Shown in pieces: positions 1-7,781 of a stretch of 39,498 nucleotides of DNA (the stretch's first letter is position 1; every line of letters starts with the position of its first letter). A model generated the notes under the pieces. That model was not told the origin of the DNA. It saw only the letters and a list, made by a program, of their open reading frames with translations, and did not search any database. Source of the DNA: a virus (lineage: Duplodnaviria > Caudoviricetes); the IMG/VR virus record IMGVR_UViG_3300017761_005402, positions 1-39,498 of that record, one strand, 5' to 3'. Position numbers and translations under genes: made by a program.

Positions 1-21
1 CTCCGAAATACAAAAAAAGAG

Positions 22-50
22 TTGATTACCAAACTATAATAGAGTATACT
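22..50 (+). promoter_or_regulatory. sigma70-like promoter
   Basis: TTGATT(22-27)-17 bp-TATACT(45-50), 8 nt before ATG 59. Confidence 0.65.
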
Positions 51-58
51 ATCTCACT

Positions 59-523
59 ATGATAACATTAGCAAAAGCATTAAAGGTAAAAAATCGTTTA
101 GCAGGTAAGTTGAAAGATTTACAAGACAAGGCAACAAAGTTCAATGTAACTGATGCACAAAAGCAGGTTTTTAGAACCATTAATCTCACAGAGATTTGGG
201 CAGAATTGGAAAGTACCAGAGATAAGTTGATTGATCTTAAGGGTAAAATTGCAGTAGCAACAGCAGGAATTGCTGCCAAATTACAAGAAATGGCAGAGTA
301 TAAGTCTCAAGTCACTTTTTTTGAGCGTCTACCAGTGGAAGAAGGTGTAACAGAACCACCATATGGTTACAATTCAACAGTTCCATTCCAACCTGTGGAA
401 ATAAAGAGTTACATTGATGAGGCTAACAGACAATCTCAAATTCAATTTTTCAAGAAAAGGATTGAAGACCTTCAAGATGAAGTTGACACTTTCAATGCCA
501 CAACGCAAATAGATTTTCAGTAA
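59..523 (+). CDS. DIP1984/DUF6847-like coiled-coil protein
   Basis: N-term MITLAKALKVKNRL and C-term LQDEVDTFNATTQI resemble the ends of this family; helical, 154 aa. Confidence 0.55.
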   Translation: MITLAKALKVKNRLAGKLKDLQDKATKFNVTDAQKQVFRTINLTEIWAELESTRDKLIDLKGKIAVATAGIAAKLQEMAEYKSQVTFFERLPVEEGVTEPPYGYNSTVPFQPVEIKSYIDEANRQSQIQFFKKRIEDLQDEVDTFNATTQIDFQ

Positions 524-528
524 AATTT

Positions 529-704
529 TCTTTCCCTCTTTCTGGAAAAGGAAAGGCAAAAAAATCTCAAAGGATTCTTATACAACTTCTGATAACGATA
601 CCGAATTTAAAGTTTAAAGTTTTGATCAATTAAAAATTAAGCTTCAAAAATTTGATATTAAAACTATGTTCGCGGAATTACTGAGTACAGAAAGAGGCGA
701 AAGA
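529..704 (+). ncRNA. putative structured RNA downstream of the DIP1984-like gene
   Basis: 529-544 TCTTTCCCTCTTTCTG pairs with 688-704 CAGAAAGAGGCGAAAGA (16 bp, one bulge); encloses 7-nt periodic repeats at 606-663; no credible ORF. Confidence 0.5.
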
Positions 705-718
705 TTTATTAAAAAGTT

Positions 719-871
719 ATGATTCTAGCAAAAGCACTAAAGGTTTTTTCAATACAACCACTAAATGCAGACCAATTAAGGTTTGTAGAATTAATGATAG
801 ACTTCATGTTCTTATCAGGCTTGTTGATAGTGTTGTCTGCTGTGCTTAGTGTAACAAAAAAAGGAAGGTAA
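719..871 (+). pseudogene. collapsed remnant of a DIP1984-like paralog / possible 50-aa ORF
   Basis: Starts MILAKALKV (cf. MITLAKALKV), followed in another frame by FNTTTK (cf. FNATTQ); stop overlaps tRNA-Ser. Confidence 0.35.
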
Positions 872-954
872 ACTAGATGGATAAGTAGTCTGTTTGGAAA
901 ACAGATGCACCCCTAAACAAGGTGCCTAGGGTTCGAATCCCTAACCTTCCGCCA
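863..954 (+). tRNA. tRNA-Ser(GGA)
   Basis: Acceptor GGAAGGT/ACCTTCC, G73, CCA; anticodon arm TCTGT-TTGGAAA-ACAGA; long variable arm GCACC/GGTGC; T arm TAGGG-TTCGAAT-CCCTA. Confidence 0.9.
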
Positions 955-974
955 TAATAGAAATAATTACAAAT

Positions 975-1054
975 GGGCGTGTATCGGCTCTCGCTTCTAA
1001 CGAGTTGAAACCGTAACTGGACACATGGGGATTCGAATTCCTCCTAGCCCACCA
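975..1054 (+). tRNA. atypical tRNA-Arg(TCT)-like RNA lacking a normal D arm
   Basis: Acceptor GGGCGTG/CTAGCCC (2 mismatches) + ACCA; anticodon arm CTCG-CTTCTAA-CGAG; T arm GGGGA-TTCGAAT-TCCTC. Confidence 0.65.
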
Positions 1055-1077
1055 TAACAATTAAACCGTCCCATACA

Positions 1078-1464
1078 ATGACACTTGAAGAATATGTAAC
1101 TGAGAAATACCCCAAAATCTCTTTAGAATATAAGAGAAGAGTGGAGTATAAATGGGAAGACTTGAAGGTTGGAATGAAGCTTCTCATGCTAAGATCAGGT
1201 TTTAGTGGAAATGCATTTGTTGTAAGAGAAATCATTGAAATTTCCAATGATAATTTTGGGAACTTTGCTCGTTTGTCTGCACCAGAATACACACCAGCAA
1301 GAACATCCCTTTTGTATGAAAATTCAGAGTCTTATGACTATGATAGGAAAATTGAACATTTTTCCAAAAGTTGCTACATTATGACTGATGAGGATGATTT
1401 TAAAAGTATGCCATACAAAATGTACAGAAAACACATTTTTGAAAAAACTGGCTACATAATCTAG
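1078..1464 (+). CDS. hypothetical protein
   Basis: 128-aa ATG ORF in a co-directional run. Confidence 0.7.
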   Translation: MTLEEYVTEKYPKISLEYKRRVEYKWEDLKVGMKLLMLRSGFSGNAFVVREIIEISNDNFGNFARLSAPEYTPARTSLLYENSESYDYDRKIEHFSKSCYIMTDEDDFKSMPYKMYRKHIFEKTGYII

Positions 1465-1465
1465 T

Positions 1466-1783
1466 ATGCTTATAGATATAAAATATCAATATCCAACTAA
1501 AAAGTTATATGTCTTAATAAGACCATTTTACGAAATGATGAATAAAGAGGTTTTTGAACCTGAAATAGATGTAAAACTTGTTAGTGGTTTGTATCATATA
1601 ACTTATGCATATGGAAGTGATTGGATATGGAAAGATGCTGATGATGAATATCGTGTAGGATTTGAATTGGAACCTCGTTATTGGGGGAAAGACCGTGAAC
1701 ATATTCTAGTTCGTGAGAGAACTAATGGGTATAATGAAGATTTTTACAAGGAATTTATAAAAGTTTTACAGAAACCAGATTGA
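1466..1783 (+). CDS. hypothetical protein
   Basis: 105-aa ORF abutting the previous stop. Confidence 0.7.
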   Translation: MLIDIKYQYPTKKLYVLIRPFYEMMNKEVFEPEIDVKLVSGLYHITYAYGSDWIWKDADDEYRVGFELEPRYWGKDREHILVRERTNGYNEDFYKEFIKVLQKPD

Positions 1784-1813
1784 AAGAATCACCCAATTTG
1801 GATTAATACCTAT

Positions 1814-2029
1814 ATGAAAACTAAAACAGTGGAAGTAAGAGGAGTGGTATCAAAAGTATTACCAAATGCAATGTACAAGGTTGTGTTGGATGGAACAGAA
1901 AAAGAGGTATTGTGCTACTTGTGTGGAAAGTTAAATAAAAAGTTTATTAAACCTGATATAAAAGATTCTGTGATGGTGCAAATGAGTCCAACAGATTTGG
2001 ACAGAGGAAGAATTTCTAAAAGATTTTAG
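1814..2029 (+). CDS. infA: translation initiation factor IF-1
   Basis: 71 aa; VEVRGVVSKVLPNAMYKVVLD...LCGKL...I...D.V.VQMSPTDLDRGRI.KRF matches the IF-1 S1 fold. Confidence 0.92.
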   Translation: MKTKTVEVRGVVSKVLPNAMYKVVLDGTEKEVLCYLCGKLNKKFIKPDIKDSVMVQMSPTDLDRGRISKRF

Positions 2030-2065
2030 TTGAAATCAGATTCCTATATCGTATATTATAGGAGT

Positions 2066-2389
2066 ATGAAAACAGAAATACAAAAAGAAAAGATGCCTAA
2101 AGCATTTAGGCGTAAATTGGTAAGAGCACTTAGAAGTGGTAGATATTCACAATCTCAAAAGATGTACGATGCACAGAATGATGCATATAATCCCCTTGGA
2201 GTTGCCTATAGATTGGTTGGTGTTGATAAGAATAGACTCTCTAATAGAAAGCGTCCTCTTGATGAGTGTCAATTGTTTCTTCCTAGTGTTCTAGTTGGTA
2301 ACAGTTCAATCTTGGATAAGATTAACACTGTGGCCACTAGCGGAAAGAGCTTCAAATGGATAGCAACCTACATAGAAGATAACCTTTAA
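2066..2389 (+). CDS. hypothetical protein
   Basis: ATG 2066 preceded by AGGAG; LVRALRSGRYSQ...SFKWIATYIE. Confidence 0.7.
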   Translation: MKTEIQKEKMPKAFRRKLVRALRSGRYSQSQKMYDAQNDAYNPLGVAYRLVGVDKNRLSNRKRPLDECQLFLPSVLVGNSSILDKINTVATSGKSFKWIATYIEDNL

Positions 2390-2416
2390 TAGAAGGTTGG
2401 TTTACATGTAGTGGAT

Positions 2417-2445
2417 AAAAACCCGTCTCAAAAGGACGGGTTTTT
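2417..2445. terminator. intrinsic terminator
   Basis: AAAAACCCGTC(T)-loop-(G)GACGGGTTTTT hairpin. Confidence 0.8.
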
Positions 2446-2447
2446 AT

Positions 2448-2475
2448 TTGACAACTCTTGTTGAAGTGGTATTGT
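2448..2475 (+). promoter_or_regulatory. sigma70-like promoter
   Basis: TTGACA-16 bp-TATTGT, 5 nt before ATG 2481. Confidence 0.6.
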
Positions 2476-2480
2476 CTTGT

Positions 2481-3158
2481 ATGCGTTTCATATCAAGCAT
2501 CATTAAAACTGGTGGATTCAAGCTAACAGTTGCCTTGTCAGGAGGCTGTGATAGTCTAGCAGTGGCACATTTTATCAAAACAAGATATCCTAATACAGAA
2601 TTAAAATGTTTTCATTTTAATCATATGCTAAGGCAGCAAAACTTTGATATGCAAAGAGCATGTATGGATTTTTGTAAAGACTACACCATTCCTTTGAAAA
2701 TCTCATTAAGAGATGTGTCTGAACAAAAAGGCATGAGTGAGAGTGACTTGAGAGGCTATCGCTATGGTTCTATGAAAGATTTGGGATTTGTGGTAACAGG
2801 ACACCATTTGGATGATGCTGTGGAAAACTATTTGAATAATTGTTTCTGTGGTGTTCCTGAGTATCTACCAATTCCTTTGATTACACAATTTTCTAGTAAT
2901 TTGAGTGTTATTAGACCCTTTATCTTAACAACTAAACAAGAAATGAGAGATTATATCTCTCAAAACAATCTGCAACAATATGTGGTTGAAGATGAAACTA
3001 ATGAGCAAGATGTTTACAAGAGAAATTGGTTGAGGAATAATATTGTTCCACAAATCAACAGTCATGGTTACAATTTACATACTATTGTTAAGAAAAGATA
3101 TAGGGAATGGCTTGAAAAAGAAGAACAACTTTCTAAAGTTGAAGATGACAATAAATAA
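2481..3158 (+). CDS. tilS: tRNA(Ile)-lysidine synthetase, catalytic domain only
   Basis: PP-loop VALSGGCDS, HFNHMLR, R..RY, TGHHLDDAVE, IRPF, EDETN, KRNWLRNNIVP. Confidence 0.88.
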   Translation: MRFISSIIKTGGFKLTVALSGGCDSLAVAHFIKTRYPNTELKCFHFNHMLRQQNFDMQRACMDFCKDYTIPLKISLRDVSEQKGMSESDLRGYRYGSMKDLGFVVTGHHLDDAVENYLNNCFCGVPEYLPIPLITQFSSNLSVIRPFILTTKQEMRDYISQNNLQQYVVEDETNEQDVYKRNWLRNNIVPQINSHGYNLHTIVKKRYREWLEKEEQLSKVEDDNK

Positions 3159-3162
3159 GACT

Positions 3163-3444
3163 ATGAAGTTTTTACTAGATAAAAAAGGACTTAGAATATA
3201 TGATGGGGATACTATTAAGTACCACTACAAGAGATATGATGGACATGATACATATATAGATTGTGTTGTTTTACTATCAAAAAACACAGCAACATTAAAA
3301 GCTGGCAATACAGAAATATTATACTATGATGCTCGCACAAGTGATTTTTCCAGTCAATTAGAATTGGTTGGTTATAAGGCAAAGTTTAGAATATGGAAAA
3401 ACAAAATGTATAATAAAGTGTTTGAATTCCTGTTTGGGGTATAA
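3163..3444 (+). CDS. YopX-like protein
   Basis: LLDKKGLRIYDGDTIK resembles the YopX DKNGKEIYEGDIV motif; ATAAATA-N5-ATG start. Confidence 0.5.
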   Translation: MKFLLDKKGLRIYDGDTIKYHYKRYDGHDTYIDCVVLLSKNTATLKAGNTEILYYDARTSDFSSQLELVGYKAKFRIWKNKMYNKVFEFLFGV

Positions 3445-3474
3445 AAAAAGGGCTACTTAAGTAGCCCTTTTTTT
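3443..3474. terminator. bidirectional intrinsic terminator
   Basis: Perfect 32-bp palindrome A7-GGGCTACTTAAGTAGCCC-T7 between convergent genes. Confidence 0.88.
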
Positions 3475-3476
3475 CT

Positions 3477-4148
3477 TTAAATTCTTGGAATATTTGTTGG
3501 TGGACATGCCCCATTTCCAGCTTGTATTCTGCTCTCATAGGTAGCAAATACGCTGTCAATGAGTTGGTTATTAACTCCTGTGCTGTCAACCAAACCAGTG
3601 TCAAACCCTTGTGCAGGTCTCCAGTATTGATAGTGGAGGGCTGCTGTGAAAGTTGTTCCCTCGTTGTTCTCTTGGTTGTACTGAATTTCACTCACGTTTT
3701 GAAGATATATACCGTGCAATCTATAAACTCTTATAATTTCACATTTTGGGGAAAGAACTGCTATGTCCACAGTAGTGCTTTCACAAGGCATTTGAAATCT
3801 TCCACAAGAGGTATCATCATTAGCAGTCTCAAAGCTCCAGCGTTCAAATGCATTACGAACAAGATAGTCTCCAGGAGTTCTAAATGTTATGGTCCATGGG
3901 TTTGGACTATCATATGCCACTTGACCAGGAAGTTTGAATTGAAATCCTTGATAAGGAATATCAATATTTTGGATAGTTCTTCCAGGAACAACATAAGAGG
4001 TAGCATATAATCTACCTTCACTCTGAATAAGTTCCCTTTCAACATAATCAGGAACGTTATTAAAATCCAAGATTCTTAATTGAAATGATCTTGAGAAATC
4101 ATGTTGTCTGAAAACTTCATACGCTTTTTTAATACTGCCAAGTGCCAT
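3477..4148 (-). CDS. T4 gp19-like tail tube protein
   Basis: VPGRTIQNIDIPYQG...LPGQVAY...PWTITF...VRNAFERW...YRLHGIYLQNVSEIQY...F...LHYQYW; ATAAATA-N5-ATG start at 4148. Confidence 0.8.
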   Translation of the reverse strand: MALGSIKKAYEVFRQHDFSRSFQLRILDFNNVPDYVERELIQSEGRLYATSYVVPGRTIQNIDIPYQGFQFKLPGQVAYDSPNPWTITFRTPGDYLVRNAFERWSFETANDDTSCGRFQMPCESTTVDIAVLSPKCEIIRVYRLHGIYLQNVSEIQYNQENNEGTTFTAALHYQYWRPAQGFDTGLVDSTGVNNQLIDSVFATYESRIQAGNGACPPTNIPRI

Positions 4149-4196
4149 ATAATTATTTATCACAACTGCCAGTTTTTAATAACAAACTAATATATA

Positions 4197-4227
4197 AAAA
4201 AGGGAGTGTTTATCACACTCCCTTTTT
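4197..4227. terminator. intrinsic terminator
   Basis: AAAAAGGGAGTGT-loop-ACACTCCCTTTTT. Confidence 0.85.
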
Positions 4228-4241
4228 CGTTTCAAAAGCCT

Positions 4242-4520
4242 TTAATCAAGAAAATCATAGGTTAAATCTGATGTTTCTTTGGAATCTTCTAGATTCATAT
4301 TTAAAGAATATTTAAAAGGAACCCCTCCTTTTTCTCTAAAACATGTTTCTATATCCCCGCTAACAGACTCTATATAATTTATCATTTCTCTATAGTCTAT
4401 ATCTTTTTCATCCACTTTCTTTCCTGTAAGAGTGCTTGTATGGTTTATAAATTTCAGTGCATTACATAGTGCAATCCAATTACAACACTCTTTCATAGGC
4501 ATTTCATTAGCTGATTGCAT
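4242..4520 (-). CDS. hypothetical protein
   Basis: 92-aa ORF in minus-strand operon. Confidence 0.7.
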   Translation of the reverse strand: MQSANEMPMKECCNWIALCNALKFINHTSTLTGKKVDEKDIDYREMINYIESVSGDIETCFREKGGVPFKYSLNMNLEDSKETSDLTYDFLD

Positions 4521-4524
4521 AAGG

Positions 4525-5064
4525 TTATATTATTTCTATCTTCTCTTTGCCTGTTTTGTAAACATTCAAAGAAATCGACCCTACAAAGGGTACGTTCCTT
4601 ATTCTGATACCAGAGGGTAGACCTTCCACAACAATAAATTCAAAATTAGAGTCTGGAATTTTATATCCCTGTAAAACAGAAACTGATGAATTTTGCAGGT
4701 TTACTGCATCTGATACCTCTCTTCTTGAATTTCGGAAAGTATCAAATATAGATTTTACATCTTTAATGATACCTGAGAATGCATCACCATAATTTGACCA
4801 AAAAAGAAACGGATTACGTTTCATACTCATCTCACATGCTTTGCACATGAATTCCTCAGTAACTCTTTGTTCATCACTACCACATGCATCAAACAGAGTC
4901 TGATATTGATTAGGATTTAAAATTTTATCAACTTGGCAATATCTGCAAGTTATTGTTCTGTTTTTTCTTGGTAAGCTTTCCTTTTCTACCAAGACTGTTT
5001 TCTTTGATTCATTTTTTTCCTTTTTAGGAATAGATGGTATCACTATTTTTTCGATATTTTCCAT
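4525..5064 (-). CDS. hypothetical Zn-binding protein
   Basis: CRYC...CKAC pairs. Confidence 0.7.
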   Translation of the reverse strand: MENIEKIVIPSIPKKEKNESKKTVLVEKESLPRKNRTITCRYCQVDKILNPNQYQTLFDACGSDEQRVTEEFMCKACEMSMKRNPFLFWSNYGDAFSGIIKDVKSIFDTFRNSRREVSDAVNLQNSSVSVLQGYKIPDSNFEFIVVEGLPSGIRIRNVPFVGSISLNVYKTGKEKIEII

Positions 5065-5069
5065 AAAAA

Positions 5070-5507
5070 TTAATAACTTTCGTAACTTAACATTGCTTCT
5101 ATAAGACCCAAAGTAAGTGGCAAGAGATATTTGTTTTCTACATTAACATTTTTCAAGCTTTTTGCAAGTGATTTGTTTAGTTGGTTAATTTTTTCTTCTA
5201 GATCATTTAAGGAATCCGAATCCATATCTGGAAAAGTTTTCTTAATGCTGAACAGAAATGCTTCTAAGAATTTTACTAGGAAAGATTCACTATCAGACAC
5301 ATTAACACTAGTCTTAAAGCTTATACAAGCATTTGTATAAAATCTAAATAGACTCTCATCATCCAATTGTTTTGAAAAAACTGCTATGAATGGTGCCAAA
5401 TCAGAGCCACTGAATATCTTCTCTTGAGGCTCATATTCTTTGGTTTCATGAGTGCTAAACAAGTTCTTGCTTGGTTTATAATTAAAATCAGGTTTGAGAA
5501 AACTCAT
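5070..5507 (-). CDS. hypothetical protein
   Basis: 145-aa ORF in operon. Confidence 0.7.
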   Translation of the reverse strand: MSFLKPDFNYKPSKNLFSTHETKEYEPQEKIFSGSDLAPFIAVFSKQLDDESLFRFYTNACISFKTSVNVSDSESFLVKFLEAFLFSIKKTFPDMDSDSLNDLEEKINQLNKSLAKSLKNVNVENKYLLPLTLGLIEAMLSYESY

Positions 5508-5508
5508 A

Positions 5509-5904
5509 TTAGAACATATCAGTGTTTATCGGTTCTGTTATAGCAGACCCCATGAAACTGATATGAATACCGTTCATTTTAGAGCAGTTGGTGCACTTAA
5601 ATTCAGTGTCTGTTAAATCAATTTCAATTTCATTAGACTGCCCACAGTGCCCACAGTTTATAGGTAAGATGTATTTCTTGTAGGGTTTACTAGCATATTC
5701 TTGCACTGCTTTGATAACATTCCTACTCTCGTATATGTTTGTGATGTAGAAGCTAGCAGCTAGTTGAATGCAGAAAAAGAAAAATGTTAGTGGTTTATAG
5801 GAAAATCCTGTAAAAAGTTCTGTTCCAGCAGCAAGTCCAAGACTTATAAACAGTGTCACTAGGAATGACACTGTGTACATTAGTATTTTTTTACTAGTTC
5901 TCAT
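5509..5904 (-). CDS. membrane protein with Zn ribbon
   Basis: Two hydrophobic segments, then CGHC...CTNC. Confidence 0.7.
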   Translation of the reverse strand: MRTSKKILMYTVSFLVTLFISLGLAAGTELFTGFSYKPLTFFFFCIQLAASFYITNIYESRNVIKAVQEYASKPYKKYILPINCGHCGQSNEIEIDLTDTEFKCTNCSKMNGIHISFMGSAITEPINTDMF

Positions 5905-6110
5905 TATTGTTTATTTTCTGGTTTGACTATTTTAGTAACACCTTTTTTAACAAAACTGCCACATTTTGGACATCTCCATTCACATTCTGTTACCACTGTT
6001 CCATCAGAATTTCTTATTTGAAATTCTCTTCCTGGTGTCATTTGTCCACATGATCTGCATGAAACTGGTGTATTTTGTAATAATTGCATATATTTCTTAC
6101 TTACATGCAA
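5904..6110 (-). CDS. small Zn-ribbon protein
   Basis: CRSC...CPKC; overlaps neighbours. Confidence 0.7.
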   Translation of the reverse strand: MHVSKKYMQLLQNTPVSCRSCGQMTPGREFQIRNSDGTVVTECEWRCPKCGSFVKKGVTKIVKPENKQ

Positions 6111-7018
6111 ATCATAGAAAGTAAATCATCCTCAACGTTATTTTTGTTGAAATCTCTATTCCATTCTAACATCATCCTCTCAAAAGAGGTGAACTTATAC
6201 TCTCTGAACAAACTTCTAAGTTTAGACTCATCAAAATCTTTTTTAGAGGTTTCCATTTGTTGGGCATAAAACCCATATTCATCTGAACACAACAAATCCA
6301 CCATACTTAAATCCATTATAGATTTATTTCTCTCTATGATGCTTCTCTGTTCCTGTGTTAGAATGGTTGCTACATCAACATTCTCTTCTGACAATTTTTC
6401 TATTAATTTCTTTGCTCTGACTGGTCCAATCTGATCTAACCCTGGAACATTATCACTAACATCACCCACCATACACTTGAACATTACGAAATCCTTTTTT
6501 GCCACTCCTGCAAAGCTTTCAAAATTTTCTGAGTTAACAATAACATCTTTCACAGGCATAAACACATGAGTATTCTCATTCACAAGCTGCAACAAATCTT
6601 TATCACTAGACACTATAAGTGTTTTCTTATATCCATCCAAAGTAGATAAAAATCTGATAACATCATCAGCCTCTAGATTCACAGGATACAATGTTCTTAT
6701 ACCTAGTGCATCCACAAACTTTTGAATGTGCTCTATATTATCAAATATTTTTTTAGTGATATCAGTCTCCACCCTCTGGCCTTTATATTTTACAAGAGAC
6801 TTTCTAAAATTTTCTTTGGTGCAATTAATCTTTTTATCCCATGTAAGCAAAATTTCCTCTGCCTTGAATCTTTTTTGAAGAGTTCTCAGCATGGTTAAAA
6901 AATGACTAATGTTGCTCACATCAAAGCCATTAACCAATCTTTCTGGTCTTCTGCTGTAAAATGCCCTAAATAGAAAATTATTACCATCTATTACAATTCT
7001 GTCATATTTGTTATTCAT
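6101..7018 (-). CDS. 5'-3' exonuclease / T4 RNase H-like flap nuclease
   Basis: IDGNNFLFRAF, YKGQR, EADDVI, SSDKDLLQL, GDVSDNVPGLDQIGP. Confidence 0.9.
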   Translation of the reverse strand: MNNKYDRIVIDGNNFLFRAFYSRRPERLVNGFDVSNISHFLTMLRTLQKRFKAEEILLTWDKKINCTKENFRKSLVKYKGQRVETDITKKIFDNIEHIQKFVDALGIRTLYPVNLEADDVIRFLSTLDGYKKTLIVSSDKDLLQLVNENTHVFMPVKDVIVNSENFESFAGVAKKDFVMFKCMVGDVSDNVPGLDQIGPVRAKKLIEKLSEENVDVATILTQEQRSIIERNKSIMDLSMVDLLCSDEYGFYAQQMETSKKDFDESKLRSLFREYKFTSFERMMLEWNRDFNKNNVEDDLLSMICM

Positions 7019-7051
7019 ATAAAACCTTACCCCCTTCTCGCACAAATGCAA

Positions 7052-7327
7052 CTATTTATTATATACTAATTTGTATTCTTTCCATGCTTTTTTGGGTAGA
7101 ATTTCTACAAATTCTATTAAATTATACACTAGAAGAGTCTCAAAATATGTTTTTTTAACAGAAAATTTGGAAACTGATCCTGGGGCAAATTTAACACCTT
7201 CTACAATGCTCTCATCAACATGAAATACTAATAATCCAAGGCATTTTTCCAAGTCTTTTAGACATGCATAAAACCCGTACTTTCTTATCTCAGTTTTCTT
7301 TTTCTCTCTTGACTCTTCCATATTCAT
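7052..7327 (-). CDS. hypothetical protein
   Basis: 91-aa ATG ORF. Confidence 0.65.
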   Translation of the reverse strand: MNMEESREKKKTEIRKYGFYACLKDLEKCLGLLVFHVDESIVEGVKFAPGSVSKFSVKKTYFETLLVYNLIEFVEILPKKAWKEYKLVYNK

Positions 7328-7373
7328 AGTTTACAGTAGTAATGTTATACTTTCAATTAGTAAGTATAAAAAA

Positions 7374-7463
7374 GCGCACAGGCTTGGCTGGTGAAAAGGA
7401 CGGTCTGCAAAACCGTAGTGGAAGAAATTCCCGTGTAGAGTTCGATTCTCTATGTGTGCTCCA
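7374..7463 (+). tRNA. tRNA-Cys(GCA) with long variable arm
   Basis: Acceptor GCGCACA/TGTGTGC, U73, CCA; anticodon arm ACGGT-CTGCAAA-ACCGT; variable hairpin GGAA-GAAA-TTCC; T arm TAGAG-TTCGATT-CTCTA. Confidence 0.85.
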
Positions 7464-7464
7464 T

Positions 7465-7638
7465 ATGTCATTAATAACATCAAACCAAGTTAATGTAACA
7501 GTAGCAGGGCAAGTTTATACTATTCCTGCTGAAAGAGTTCAACAAGTGTTAAACCTACTAGCATCAATACAAAGTGTACAAGTTGAAAACCCAACACCAT
7601 ATTTAAAATTTAACGGCAAGAGCCTAATAAACGGATGA
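7465..7638 (+). CDS. hypothetical protein (57 aa)
   Basis: ATG right after the tRNA CCA; 3' part of ORF 7342-7638. Confidence 0.6.
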   Translation: MSLITSNQVNVTVAGQVYTIPAERVQQVLNLLASIQSVQVENPTPYLKFNGKSLING

Positions 7639-7748
7639 TTTTTATACTAATACCAGCAGCAATATATCTAGTGTGTTTTGGCATATCAATGATTATAAAG
7701 AATAGATGTGATTTATAAATGTTTAGATTCTAAACACTCAACCAATGC

Positions 7749-7776
7749 TTGACAACTCTAAAAATAAGACTATTGT
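7749..7776 (+). promoter_or_regulatory. sigma70-like promoter
   Basis: TTGACA-16 bp-TATTGT, 5 nt before ATG 7782. Confidence 0.6.
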
Positions 7777-7781
7777 TGTAG

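Noticed and set aside
2448-2480. TTG starts at 2030, 2448 and 28112 in the ORF track
   Set aside because: TTG at 2030 and 2448 is part of a -35 box, and 28112 overlaps the rIIA promoter; downstream ATG/GTG starts fit better
7342-7464. 5' extension of ORF 7342-7638
   Set aside because: Runs through tRNA-Cys; ATG 7465 is the plausible start
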